Shown one piece after another: positions 18,146 to 27,438 of a stretch of DNA of 64,000 nt (positions are counted from its first letter, which is position 1; each line of letters starts with the position of its first letter). The notes under the pieces were generated by a model. It did not search any database. It was not told where the DNA came from and saw only the letters and a list, made by a program, of their open reading frames with translations. Origin of the DNA: an uncultured Gammaproteobacteria bacterium (GTDB taxonomy: Bacteria; Patescibacteriota; Microgenomatia; Levybacterales; UBA12049); assembly GCA_964408485.1 (NCBI GenBank), contig CAYOZJ010000002.1, positions 69,235-133,234 of the forward strand. The letters run 5' to 3'. Both the position numbers and the translations under genes were made by a program.

Positions 18146-19006
18146 TTAAAGTTCGGTGAGGTGGGTATTTTCTTTTGCTCGGTCCGGGACAAATTCTAAA
18201 TATCTTTCTGTTGTAGAAAGTCTTTTGTGTCCAACAATTTTGGAAAGAAGGACCAACGATACGCCGTGTTTTAAGTGGTGGGCGATAAATGTGTGTCGAA
18301 GGTCATTAACCTTTGCACCTTTAATTTCGGCTAATCTAAAGTATCTTTCAACTGCTGTTCGGATATTTCGGATTAAGAATGGTCTGCCAGATTTGGTAAC
18401 AAAAATTCGCTCTTCAGCAACTGCAGGCCTGCCTTTTATGTATCTTTCCAATGATTCTTTTGCAGACTTATTAATTGGGACAACTCGTTCTTCATGCTTT
18501 TCAAATGGTCGAATGCGAAGACCTTCTGCAAGGACATCGTCCATACGAAGTTCGGCTAATTCGCCAATTCTAATTCCTGTTTGAAGCAAAAGCTCAATAA
18601 CAGCAAACATTCTCACATCATTTCGAGAGGCATCTCTGAGTGCTCGGTATTCTGTAGGTGTCAAAATGCGAGGTGCTGCGAGTGTGTATTGTGGGTGAGC
18701 AACTTGTAACGATGGGTCTTCTGAGACTAACCCTTTAGATTTTAAGAATCGGTAAAATGTGCGGATGGAATTAATCTTTCGGGAAAGGGACTTTGGTGTA
18801 TAACCAGAGCCTGAAAGTTTTGCTAAAAATGCCTCAATGTCTTCTTTTGTGATTCCTTCAATCTCTTTTTTCCCATTTTCTGCCAGAAAAGTAACCAACT
18901 GATCGATGTCTTTGGTGTATGCTACAATGGTAGCGTTTGATCTGGATTTTTCCTTGAGGAAATCGACAAATTGAGTCTTCGCGACGTCTAAAGTGAGTGT
19001 TGCCAT
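18146..19006 (-). CDS. XerC/XerD-like tyrosine recombinase
   Basis: SAM-like N-terminal domain, TGIRIGEL, NDLRHTF, GHKRLSTTERY. Confidence 0.9.
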   Translation of the reverse strand: MATLTLDVAKTQFVDFLKEKSRSNATIVAYTKDIDQLVTFLAENGKKEIEGITKEDIEAFLAKLSGSGYTPKSLSRKINSIRTFYRFLKSKGLVSEDPSLQVAHPQYTLAAPRILTPTEYRALRDASRNDVRMFAVIELLLQTGIRIGELAELRMDDVLAEGLRIRPFEKHEERVVPINKSAKESLERYIKGRPAVAEERIFVTKSGRPFLIRNIRTAVERYFRLAEIKGAKVNDLRHTFIAHHLKHGVSLVLLSKIVGHKRLSTTERYLEFVPDRAKENTHLTEL

Positions 19007-19048
19007 AGTGTACAAAGCCTATAATATCATTTAATTTACCATAAGTCA

Positions 19049-19384
19049 ATGAAAAGAATTATTTACTTTGCAGCCATTGTTTTCCTCCTTACCGTAATTG
19101 CTAACCTATCTTTTTCCATTGTAACCCTTTGGTCAAAGCGAGATGTCTTAACGCAGGCACAATCGCAGTTGATAAAAGAGCAGGAAGAGCAGAGAAATCT
19201 TAAAAAACAGTGGAAACAGGTTAATTCACCTAATTTTGTAGAACAACAGGCACGAGATAAGCTCTTCTTAGGCAAACCAGGGGAGAGTTTGGTGCTTATT
19301 CCAACAGCATCGCCTTCAGCTGTGCAGCAGCAGTCTGCTAGCCAAGAACCTGTGCTTGAGCAGTGGTGGAAGCTATTCTTCTAG
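19049..19384 (+). CDS. Septum formation initiator (FtsB/DivIC family)
   Basis: TM helix, coiled coil, FVEQQARDKLFLGKPGE. Confidence 0.85.
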   Translation: MKRIIYFAAIVFLLTVIANLSFSIVTLWSKRDVLTQAQSQLIKEQEEQRNLKKQWKQVNSPNFVEQQARDKLFLGKPGESLVLIPTASPSAVQQQSASQEPVLEQWWKLFF

Positions 19385-21517
19385 TTATTTCCACACATCA
19401 CGAATATCTGTTGCGGGATTAATGGGAGAGGCAGGTTTGCTCAGATCAAATACCGCATAACGGGGATTATTTTCTGCGCTCGACCCGTCTTTATATGCAC
19501 TTTCGTCACTTCCAAGTCCAGTTGTATGAATCGTCTCTAGAAGATTTCCCATAGGGTCGGGTCTGCCACCCCAAACCTCGTCAGATACCTGATGTGCTCG
19601 AAGCATACCAACTGCTCCTACTTTATCGAGTTCATTTTGAACAGCAACGCGTGCATAATAATACGGTCCGTTGATTGCAGCACCTGTATAATTGGGTTTG
19701 CTAGATCGTCTCATGTTGGGATAAAAGCCTTCCGTGGAGGAGAGGAATTGATATGCTTTTCGTAAATCGCCCAAGCTTCGTTTCGTGGGGATCATCTCTA
19801 AGGTTCCCAAGCGAAAGATACGATCTTGAAAAAGAACTTCCGCATCATCACGATTGCTTGCATCAGTGGAGTCTGTATGAAGCGCTAAGATTTTTTGCAG
19901 ATCATCAAGGATTTGTTTTTTTTGCTGTTCCATTTCTTGTACACGGTTATCTGGAATAGGATCATTCCATGTTATTTGTCCGTCCATAAGCGTAGTTACT
20001 TGTTCTGGAGATAAGTGTGCATATTGATCCATCGTTAATGCTTGTGTTGCAGGTCCTCCATGAACTATAGATTTTCCATCTGCTGTAAATACCATTCGTG
20101 GTAATTGGTTAAAAAGAGAGACGTACTGCATGTTTAATGCCTGTCCTTTTTCTTGGCCAAAGGTTTGAATCAAATGTTGTGGAAATTCATGTGGTTTTAT
20201 TCCACCCGCGGTTTCATGATCTGCTTTCATAATCGTAATATGATCAGGGAAGAGATATTTAAGAGAAAGAATAGCTTCCATTACCTCAGTGTCTTTTGTC
20301 CCACGATCAATCAGATCACCCATAAATACTACTTGGACAGGTTTGCCAGCTGTCAAATCCTCTAAAACATGTTCTTTTTCCAGGACTTGTTTTACTGTCT
20401 TAAGATCACCATGAATATCTCCCAGTGCAACAACTCTTCCGGCATTCTTGGGAAGGAAAATAACGTTGCCCTCATGCGTTGGTATTTCCTGACTTATTCC
20501 GGATGCATCATTCATTTCCTGAATTGTTGCCTTCATCTTGCCTTGTCCAACCCACTTTTCTTTTGTCATTTGGTCAGTGATTGATTCAATAAGTTTGGCA
20601 TTGACCTTACTTCGTTCTTCAGATGGGAGTAGTTGAACCTGTTCAAAAACAAAACGTTTTGCTTTATCAGAGTCTTTTTGTGCTTCTTCCATGTTTATAA
20701 ATGCTCCTTGTGGCTTCTGTTCTGTAATTGACTCTAGTGGCTGTTGGATGGTTTGTTTATTTTTCATTTCTAATCCTTCTTGATAATAAGTAAGAATCTT
20801 TTTGTCTCGTTCTGACCAATCAGAGGTTGGAGTTTGGGAGAATTTAGTCATGTTTGCCCTTGCATCAGGGGATTTCAGATCATCCATTGTTTGGCGAAGG
20901 ACAATAAGCGCGTCAAATGCTTCATCAGATCCAAGCATCCATTTGGTAAGGAAGGTTTTAAGGTGTCTCATTTCATCAACAGTAAGTGCGTTAGCGAGAT
21001 TTTCATTCATATTGCCAGTACAGAATTTTTTATAAAACGCTCCTTCAGTATGCGTATCTCTGTCATAGAATTGCTTTTGTAGTTCTACTATTTCGTCACT
21101 TCCCATATTTCCTTGCATGATGTGTTGTTGAGTGGTGGTATCCAAGTCGAGAAGTTTTAAAAAAACAGCAGCACCTTTTTGTTGCTTAGAATTTACTATA
21201 TTTCCCATCTCTCTCCAGGCCTCAAAGCCCCAAAGTTGCATCTGTTCGTGCCTAATATCCTCCGGGGAAAGGGGATGATCGGGATTATTAATTTTTTTTG
21301 CAAATGCATCTGCATCTTGTTGTCTTTTGGCAACATTTCTATTATGGAGTGCATCAAAGGTTTTTCTACTTACTTCTGTGGGTGGGGTAGTATCCACGGG
21401 TTGAGTTAGATCAAATGCGCCTAATGCAATTCTATGCTTTAGGGCAGGGCTTGCTGGTTGCTTTTCTAAGTCTACAGATTTTTCTTGTGTTGGAATTCCT
21501 TCGGGAGCTTGTAGCAT
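19385..21517 (-). CDS. Large protein with C-terminal PPP-type Ser/Thr phosphatase (metallophosphoesterase) domain
   Basis: GDIHGD, GDLIDRG, ADHE (in place of GNHE), VHGG, WNDP, RAHQ. Confidence 0.8.
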   Translation of the reverse strand: MLQAPEGIPTQEKSVDLEKQPASPALKHRIALGAFDLTQPVDTTPPTEVSRKTFDALHNRNVAKRQQDADAFAKKINNPDHPLSPEDIRHEQMQLWGFEAWREMGNIVNSKQQKGAAVFLKLLDLDTTTQQHIMQGNMGSDEIVELQKQFYDRDTHTEGAFYKKFCTGNMNENLANALTVDEMRHLKTFLTKWMLGSDEAFDALIVLRQTMDDLKSPDARANMTKFSQTPTSDWSERDKKILTYYQEGLEMKNKQTIQQPLESITEQKPQGAFINMEEAQKDSDKAKRFVFEQVQLLPSEERSKVNAKLIESITDQMTKEKWVGQGKMKATIQEMNDASGISQEIPTHEGNVIFLPKNAGRVVALGDIHGDLKTVKQVLEKEHVLEDLTAGKPVQVVFMGDLIDRGTKDTEVMEAILSLKYLFPDHITIMKADHETAGGIKPHEFPQHLIQTFGQEKGQALNMQYVSLFNQLPRMVFTADGKSIVHGGPATQALTMDQYAHLSPEQVTTLMDGQITWNDPIPDNRVQEMEQQKKQILDDLQKILALHTDSTDASNRDDAEVLFQDRIFRLGTLEMIPTKRSLGDLRKAYQFLSSTEGFYPNMRRSSKPNYTGAAINGPYYYARVAVQNELDKVGAVGMLRAHQVSDEVWGGRPDPMGNLLETIHTTGLGSDESAYKDGSSAENNPRYAVFDLSKPASPINPATDIRDVWK

Positions 21518-21649
21518 ACAAAAATTGTACTGCAGGGGGAAGGAAAAGAGAAGGTGGGATAATCCTTTTTCTTAAAAAGGGTTTAATCTACTGGGTAGGT
21601 TTAAAAAAAACAATAACTCAGAAGATGTAGGAGAAAGGTTAGAAGAGAA

Positions 21650-21835
21650 TTATTTTTCTGGTGGAGTTCCAGTAATAATTCCTCTAATCCAATCTGGTAC
21701 GCGTCCATCTGAAGTTACTGGGTTTACGGGTGGGTTAGGTAATGAAATACGTTGGATTCCAAATGGATGTCTACCTCCTTCTGGAGTTGTAGATTTTGGT
21801 GCTTCTCTTTTTGATTGTCTTCTTGAATCGGTCAT
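21650..21835 (-). CDS. Small hypothetical protein
   Basis: TTGACA-N16-TATAAT, 7 nt before ATG. Confidence 0.55.
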   Translation of the reverse strand: MTDSRRQSKREAPKSTTPEGGRHPFGIQRISLPNPPVNPVTSDGRVPDWIRGIITGTPPEK

Positions 21836-21903
21836 AATTATATTATACTATAAGTTTTAAAGTTGTCAATAAGGGAGTAAAAGGAGCTTGTTTATAACTT
21901 GTG

Positions 21904-22169
21904 TTGCGGGGCTAGGAGTTGCGCCTAGCCTGTGAGATTATGCATCTGTAATCTCTGATTACTCAGAGTGTCGGACTATATCTTCCAGCCAGTGGCTGGT
22001 TCAGCGTATAGTCTCTACGGGTTCTCACCAAGTGGCGAGTCTTCCCTCGGTATTGTCCTCCGTCAACTGACAGATAGGAGTCCACCGATATAGCTGAATT
22101 CAATTCTCATTATTGCTAATAAGATGGCCCATTATGTTAAGCCTCACGTGCACTGTACACTACCCCGCG
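21904..22169 (-). tRNA. tRNA-Met(CAU), initiator-like, interrupted by a group I intron; exons 22169-22140 and 21942-21904
   Basis: Spliced: CGCGGGG TA GTGT ACAGT GCAC G TGAGG CT^CAT AA TCTCA CAGG CTAGG CGCAACT CCTAG CCCCGCA A; C1:A72 mismatch typical of fMet. Confidence 0.82.
21943..22139 (-). ncRNA. Group I self-splicing intron (197 nt, no ORF)
   Basis: Exon U33 forms a U.G pair with internal guide GGCC; conserved CGTAGAGACTA and AAGATATAGTCC (P7 R/S elements); terminal omega-G. Confidence 0.9.
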
Positions 22170-22238
22170 TATGAGCATAGTATAGCATTATTTCATTGAT
22201 TTAGCCAGCCTCAATTGGTATACTTAGGGTACTTTCTA

Positions 22239-22342
22239 GTCACCTGAACTTGATTCAGGATCTCATTTTAAGAATGAGATCCTTCGTTTTACTCAGAATG
22301 ACAGGAGAAGATTGCCACGGAACATTCGTTCCTCGCAATGAC
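22239..22342. repeat. Intergenic cluster of GTCA...TGAC palindromic elements
   Basis: gtcacctgaacttgattcaggatct...agatccttcgttttactcagaatgac and agattgccacggaacattcgttcctcgcaatgac. Confidence 0.8.
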
Positions 22343-22347
22343 GATAC

Positions 22348-22420
22348 GCCAGGGTAGCTCAGTGGTTAGAGCACCACATTCATAACGTGGCGGTCGGCAG
22401 TCCGACTCTGCCCCCTGGTA
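22348..22420 (+). tRNA. tRNA-Met(CAU), probably elongator
   Basis: GCCAGGG/CCCTGGT acceptor, GCTC/GAGC D stem, loop TT-CAT-AA, T arm GGCAG TCCGACT CTGCC. Confidence 0.85.
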
Positions 22421-22441
22421 CTAAGGAATTCTCAATTTTTT

Positions 22442-23236
22442 ATGGATGATAGACCAATTGGAGTACTCGATAGCGGAGTAGGGGGCTTGACCATCTGGAA
22501 AGAAATCCTTCGCGAACTTCCTCAGGAATCAACGATTTATATTGGTGACAGTAAACATGCACCGTATGGAGATAAATCACCAGATGAAATCTTTCAATTA
22601 GCTTCAGTTCTTATTCGTTTTCTTCTGAAAAAACGAGTCAAGCTTATTGTCATTGCATGTAATGTTATTACAACAAATGCTCTTGCTAGCCTGAGAAATG
22701 AATTTAAGCAAATTGCTATTGTTGGGACAGTCCCAGTTATTAAAAAGGCAGTAGAAGTCACAAAAACAGGGAAAATAGGAGTTTTATCAACTAACGGGAC
22801 AGCAAAAAGTCATTACCAGAAGCATCTTATTGAGCAGTTTGCTTTAGGGAAAGAAATAGTAAGTGTTGGTAATAATACTCTTGTCCCTTTTATTGAAAAA
22901 GGAATAACATCAGGTCCAAAGATTGATAATGCGCTGCGCACTGTATTGAAGCCATTCCAAAAGAAAAACATAGATGTTATCGCTTTAGGGTGTACTCATT
23001 TCCCATTTCTAAAAAATGAAATACAAAAAATCCTTGGACCAGGCGTTCTTCTTTTGGATTCTGGTCCTGCGATTGCAAGGCAAGTAAAGCGAATTTTACA
23101 GAAAAATGACGAGTTGAATAAGAAAAAGAAAGTTATCCATACTGTCTATACAACAGGGAATGCTGATATATTTGATGACATGATTGCAAAGCTAGGAATT
23201 GTAGGTGCAGGGAGGGCAAAACGACAAAACCTATAA
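22442..23236 (+). CDS. murI: Glutamate racemase
   Basis: DSGVGGLT, PYG, IACN, LGCTHFP. Confidence 0.95.
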   Translation: MDDRPIGVLDSGVGGLTIWKEILRELPQESTIYIGDSKHAPYGDKSPDEIFQLASVLIRFLLKKRVKLIVIACNVITTNALASLRNEFKQIAIVGTVPVIKKAVEVTKTGKIGVLSTNGTAKSHYQKHLIEQFALGKEIVSVGNNTLVPFIEKGITSGPKIDNALRTVLKPFQKKNIDVIALGCTHFPFLKNEIQKILGPGVLLLDSGPAIARQVKRILQKNDELNKKKKVIHTVYTTGNADIFDDMIAKLGIVGAGRAKRQNL

Positions 23237-23253
23237 CCTGATACAATTGCCAT

Positions 23254-24657
23254 ATGAAGATAAGCGAATTACATACAAAACGAATTGCTATTTTGGGTCT
23301 TGGTGTAGAGGGATTAGCAACGGCACAATATTTTTTAGAACATAAGATTGCCTTTTCCATTATTGATGAAAAGTCATTTACCGAACTTTCTGAAGGAGGG
23401 GATTTAAAGAATGCTTTAGAAAAACTTAAAGAGAATACTATTCCACTCGTTTTGGGAGAAGTTCCCACAAAAGAGCAGCTAGCTCAGTACGATGTACTTG
23501 TAAGAGCACCTGGAATCTCTCTGAAGAAAGATTATCTGCGAGGATTTAGCGGTAGCATTACTTCTGCAACTAAGCTCTTTTTTGACAATTGCCCTGGGAA
23601 AATTATTGGTGTAACAGGGACAAAAGGAAAGGGAACAACCAGCACATTGATCTATGAAATGCTTAAAAGTGCAGGAATCGACGCATATCTTGGCGGCAAC
23701 ATAGGACTGCCTCCATTATCATTTTTGGATACAGTAGATGATCAATCTATTGTTGTTCTGGAGCTTTCTAGTTTTCAATTAGAAGACCTTCAAAAAAGTC
23801 CCCACATTAGTGTCATGCTTATGGTAACGCAGGAACACTTAGACGGTTTTGGAAATCAAAATTATCACAGCTCAATTCGTGAGTATGTTGATGCAAAAAG
23901 AAATATTGTCAGATTCCAAACAGCAGATGATATGGCAATTCTTAATACAGACTATCCTGCCACTACAGAATCAGCTGGTGTTACCTCGGCTCAGGTTGCG
24001 TGGGTGAGTAGATACAAGCCTGTTGGAACAGGGTGCTTTGTGAGAGACAATGAGGTAATTCTTCGCAGCAATAATCAGGAGACCAAAGTAATTGACGCAG
24101 CTGATATTTTTCTTCCTGGAGGACATAATTTAGAAAATATCTGTGCAGCAACTATGGCTGCGTATTTTGCAGGCGTTGATGTTGCTGAAATTGCATCAGT
24201 TCTCAAGACCTTTAAAGGCTTAGAACACCGGTTGGAGTTGGTTAGGGAGTTGGATGGTGTTAGATATTATGACGATTCTTTCTCAACGGTTCCTGAGACT
24301 GCTATTGCTGCAATTCAAGCATTTAGTAATCCAGAAATTTTAATCTTGGGGGGGTCAAGCAAGAAATCAGATTTTACTCAGCTTGGAAAGCTTATTAGCG
24401 AAACACCAAATATAAAAGCAATTATTGGGATTGGAGTAGAATGGCCAGTCATAGAATCAAGAATCAAGAATCAAGAATCAAGAATAAAAATAGTGACAGG
24501 GTTAACAACCATGAAAGATATTGTTGAGACAGTCAGGAAATTAAGTGAGCCAGGAGATGTTGTGCTTCTTTCTCCAGCCTGCGCATCATTTGGGATGTTT
24601 AAGAATTACAAAGACAGAGGCAATCAGTTTAAAGAGCAAGTAAACAAATTAACCTAA
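23254..24657 (+). CDS. murD: UDP-N-acetylmuramoyl-L-alanine--D-glutamate ligase
   Basis: GVTGTKGKGTT, GGNIG, LELSSFQL, LEHRLE, LLSPACASF. Confidence 0.95.
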   Translation: MKISELHTKRIAILGLGVEGLATAQYFLEHKIAFSIIDEKSFTELSEGGDLKNALEKLKENTIPLVLGEVPTKEQLAQYDVLVRAPGISLKKDYLRGFSGSITSATKLFFDNCPGKIIGVTGTKGKGTTSTLIYEMLKSAGIDAYLGGNIGLPPLSFLDTVDDQSIVVLELSSFQLEDLQKSPHISVMLMVTQEHLDGFGNQNYHSSIREYVDAKRNIVRFQTADDMAILNTDYPATTESAGVTSAQVAWVSRYKPVGTGCFVRDNEVILRSNNQETKVIDAADIFLPGGHNLENICAATMAAYFAGVDVAEIASVLKTFKGLEHRLELVRELDGVRYYDDSFSTVPETAIAAIQAFSNPEILILGGSSKKSDFTQLGKLISETPNIKAIIGIGVEWPVIESRIKNQESRIKIVTGLTTMKDIVETVRKLSEPGDVVLLSPACASFGMFKNYKDRGNQFKEQVNKLT

Positions 24658-24752
24658 TTGACCTAATTTACCTAATTTCTAAAGAAATCCCAATTTCAAA
24701 ATTAGTTATTGGGTATTTTTTAGGTTAATTAGAAATTAGTAATTAGAAATTT
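24647..24752. repeat. Intergenic inverted arrays of 9-nt tandem repeats
   Basis: aattaacct aattgacct aatttacct aatttct ... aggttaatt agaaatt agtaatt agaaatt. Confidence 0.7.
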
Positions 24753-24756
24753 TTGT

Positions 24757-26022
24757 ATGACTAGCAAAATTAAGTTCACTATTGAAAAGCGAGATAAAGC
24801 AAGTAAAGCAAGAGCTGGTAGACTTACCACTCCTCATGGAGTAGTCCATACACCAATGTTTATTCCTGTTGGAACACAAGCAACTGTTAAGACGCTTAGT
24901 CCGCATGAGCTGCAGGCTATGGGTGCTGAAATAGTTATGACAAATACCTATCATTTGCATCTTCGTCCGGGGGAGGAAGTAATAGAAAAAATGGGAGGGA
25001 TTGGAAAATTTATGTCTTGGAAGGGCCCTACTATGACAGATAGTGGGGGTTACCAGGTATTTTCTTTGGGTGCAGCTCAGAAAAAGATTACTTATAGAGG
25101 ACATAATGGTCAAAAGCTTAGCAAATTTAATAAGTCGGTTTTTCTCTCCCCTGAGAATATTGGATTACAATTGCCAGCTGTTACCAAAACTCGGGAAGAA
25201 AAAGAACTGAGTAAATTAAAATCAGCAAAAGTTACAGAGGAAGGGGTAAAGTTTTATTCCCATATTGATGGTCACATGGAGTGGTTTGATAGTGAAAAAT
25301 CAATTGCCATTCAGGAAAAATTAGGAGCGGATTTGATTGTTGCCTTTGATGATCATGAGTCGCCACTGTGGGATTACGAGTTAACAAAGATTTCATTAGA
25401 CAGAACTCATCAATGGGGGCTTCGAAGTCTTGCTGCGCAAACGAGGGATGACCAGCTTATGTATGGGATTGTCCATGGAGGTCATTTTCCAGATCTTCGA
25501 ATAGAGTCAGCAAAATTTGTGAATAAATATTTTGACGCAGTGTCCATTGGCGGATCATACAGTAGTAAAGAAATTCTCTACAGTATGGTTGAGGCATGTG
25601 TTAAAGAATTTGATGATGCAAAGCCCAGGCATTTGCTTGGAATTGCCGAAGTACAAGATCTTTTTGAAGCAGTGGAAAGAGGAATGGATTTTTTTGATTG
25701 TGTTGCAGCAACCAGAAGAGGAAGGCATGGAAGTGTATATATCAGTCCAGAAGAAGGCGGAACAACAAAAAACAATTACATTTTGGCTATTAAGCACAAC
25801 AAATACAGTTTGGATTCTGGCCCAATAGACAAAAACTGCACCTGTTATACATGCCAGAACTTTACCAGATCGTATATCTGTCATTTATTCCGTGCAGATG
25901 AAATCTTGGGTCAGCGGCTTGGTGCTTTGCATAATGTCCATTTTATTATTAATCTTGCCAAAAAAATCAGAGAAGCAATTTTGGAAGATAGATTTTTGGA
26001 GCTTAAGCATGAATGGATTTAG
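24757..26022 (+). CDS. tgt: tRNA-guanine transglycosylase
   Basis: TPMFIPVGT, NTYHL, DSGGYQVFSL, FDCV, Zn site CTCYTC...HN. Confidence 0.93.
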   Translation: MTSKIKFTIEKRDKASKARAGRLTTPHGVVHTPMFIPVGTQATVKTLSPHELQAMGAEIVMTNTYHLHLRPGEEVIEKMGGIGKFMSWKGPTMTDSGGYQVFSLGAAQKKITYRGHNGQKLSKFNKSVFLSPENIGLQLPAVTKTREEKELSKLKSAKVTEEGVKFYSHIDGHMEWFDSEKSIAIQEKLGADLIVAFDDHESPLWDYELTKISLDRTHQWGLRSLAAQTRDDQLMYGIVHGGHFPDLRIESAKFVNKYFDAVSIGGSYSSKEILYSMVEACVKEFDDAKPRHLLGIAEVQDLFEAVERGMDFFDCVAATRRGRHGSVYISPEEGGTTKNNYILAIKHNKYSLDSGPIDKNCTCYTCQNFTRSYICHLFRADEILGQRLGALHNVHFIINLAKKIREAILEDRFLELKHEWI

Positions 26023-27338
26023 TCAGTAGGATGTCCAATTTCTTCTAATGCCTGCTTTACGCTCCGGCCTCCTTGTTCTTCTGGAGTCAGAATGGGACTG
26101 TAACGCTTGGGTCTTCCTCGGAATTCATCTAGTATTGCCCCAGCCTGTCTTCGCGTCTGTCTTGCTTCTCGTACTTTTTCTCTATTAACAACATTAAATG
26201 TTTGGACGAATTCGCTACCTATTGCTTTTCTTCGCGCTTGTCTTGCCTCTCGGATTTTTCGTCTTCGATATTCTTTTATTCCTGCATTTCTTTCTGTCCG
26301 ACGCTTGGCAAGTTGCTCATCAACTCTTTCCATCCATGCTTCAGCTTGTCTATTTGCATCTTGAGGAGAAAAATCCTGATTAAGATAGCGCTCCAAAACT
26401 AACATTTTACCAACTGCAAGAAGTGCTTTATCTGCATTTCCATCCCAAAATGCATTATTTTGCGTGAGAAACTGCTCGACACGCTCAGGAGTTTTGTCTA
26501 GAAAAATAAGATGTCCAGCCATTGGGTCGTTAGTGTTGTGGCCGTTCTGTTTTTCAGCTGTTAAATATTCTTTTAATCTTGTTTGAGTAATTTCCTGGGG
26601 AAGCTGCACCATCCACAATAAATCCCAGTGTCTTTTTTGGTTATCTTCGGCAATGCCAACAAGCGTTGTTTTTGTTGCGTCAGATGTAAGATACGAAAGA
26701 GGAATACCTGTTTCTTCATGAAATTCTGCTTGCATTTGCTCAAGCGCACTTTTAGGCGTAGGGGGAATAAGTTGAGGCAATTCTTCATATCGCGTTGCGC
26801 CATTTGCATTCTTCTTAATGGGAGTTTGGGGTTGTCCTTCCCAGGATCCGCTTGCGGTAGTTGTTAGCGTGCGTGGATACAGGTTAACATTATCAGGTCT
26901 TGTACTTAAAACGATTTTATCGTCGCCAGTTATACCGATTGCCATAACACCACTGTGGCTGAGTTTGCGAGCTGTTTCATAAGGTGTATGTTCGTCTATG
27001 CCTGCACGGTGCTGAAAATAAGTTGCCGGAGCTGTTGTGTATTGGATAGCTTGCTGCTCTCCATGGTCTGTAAAGGAGGTAACAACATCGGCGGACGTTA
27101 TGTTAACTTTTAACGCGTCCCACGCTCCTTTACCGTTTTGTGTTTCCCTAAATGTGTCAATTTTTTGTTGAGATGCATGAAGTTCTTGAGGAGTAAGACG
27201 AGAAGGAGAATTGCCAATGAGTTGTAGGTGGTATCCGCTGAGAGAGGAGGGAGGAGGAATAACAAAACGGGAAGGATAAGGCTGCTTTCTCTCTAAAGAG
27301 AGATGTTTTTCAATCCTCATGAGTGGTTTTTCCCTCAT
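26019..27338 (-). CDS. Hypothetical protein with degenerate NUDIX-like motif
   Basis: 439 aa; ASGSWEG...QAEFHEETGI. Confidence 0.6.
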   Translation of the reverse strand: MREKPLMRIEKHLSLERKQPYPSRFVIPPPSSLSGYHLQLIGNSPSRLTPQELHASQQKIDTFRETQNGKGAWDALKVNITSADVVTSFTDHGEQQAIQYTTAPATYFQHRAGIDEHTPYETARKLSHSGVMAIGITGDDKIVLSTRPDNVNLYPRTLTTTASGSWEGQPQTPIKKNANGATRYEELPQLIPPTPKSALEQMQAEFHEETGIPLSYLTSDATKTTLVGIAEDNQKRHWDLLWMVQLPQEITQTRLKEYLTAEKQNGHNTNDPMAGHLIFLDKTPERVEQFLTQNNAFWDGNADKALLAVGKMLVLERYLNQDFSPQDANRQAEAWMERVDEQLAKRRTERNAGIKEYRRRKIREARQARRKAIGSEFVQTFNVVNREKVREARQTRRQAGAILDEFRGRPKRYSPILTPEEQGGRSVKQALEEIGHPTD

Positions 27339-27402
27339 AACCTGGAAGGATTATAAGGAAATGTTGTAGTAATAACAAGAGAGCAACAGGTAAAATTGGG
27401 GC

Positions 27403-27431
27403 TTGACAAAATACTAGCGTACTAGTATAAT
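27403..27431 (+). promoter_or_regulatory. Sigma70 promoter overlapped by a TrpR-type operator
   Basis: TTGACA (27403) N17 TATAAT (27426); inverted repeat ATACTAG-CGTA-CTAGTAT (27411-27428) resembling trp operator ACTAG half-sites. Confidence 0.8.
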
Positions 27432-27438
27432 AGTACAC

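Noticed and set aside
14757-19006. Integrated island from tRNA-Ile to the tyrosine recombinase
   Set aside because: The att-like repeat is only 135 nt from the tRNA, no copy was seen near the recombinase, and the recombinase looks like a housekeeping Xer next to ftsB.
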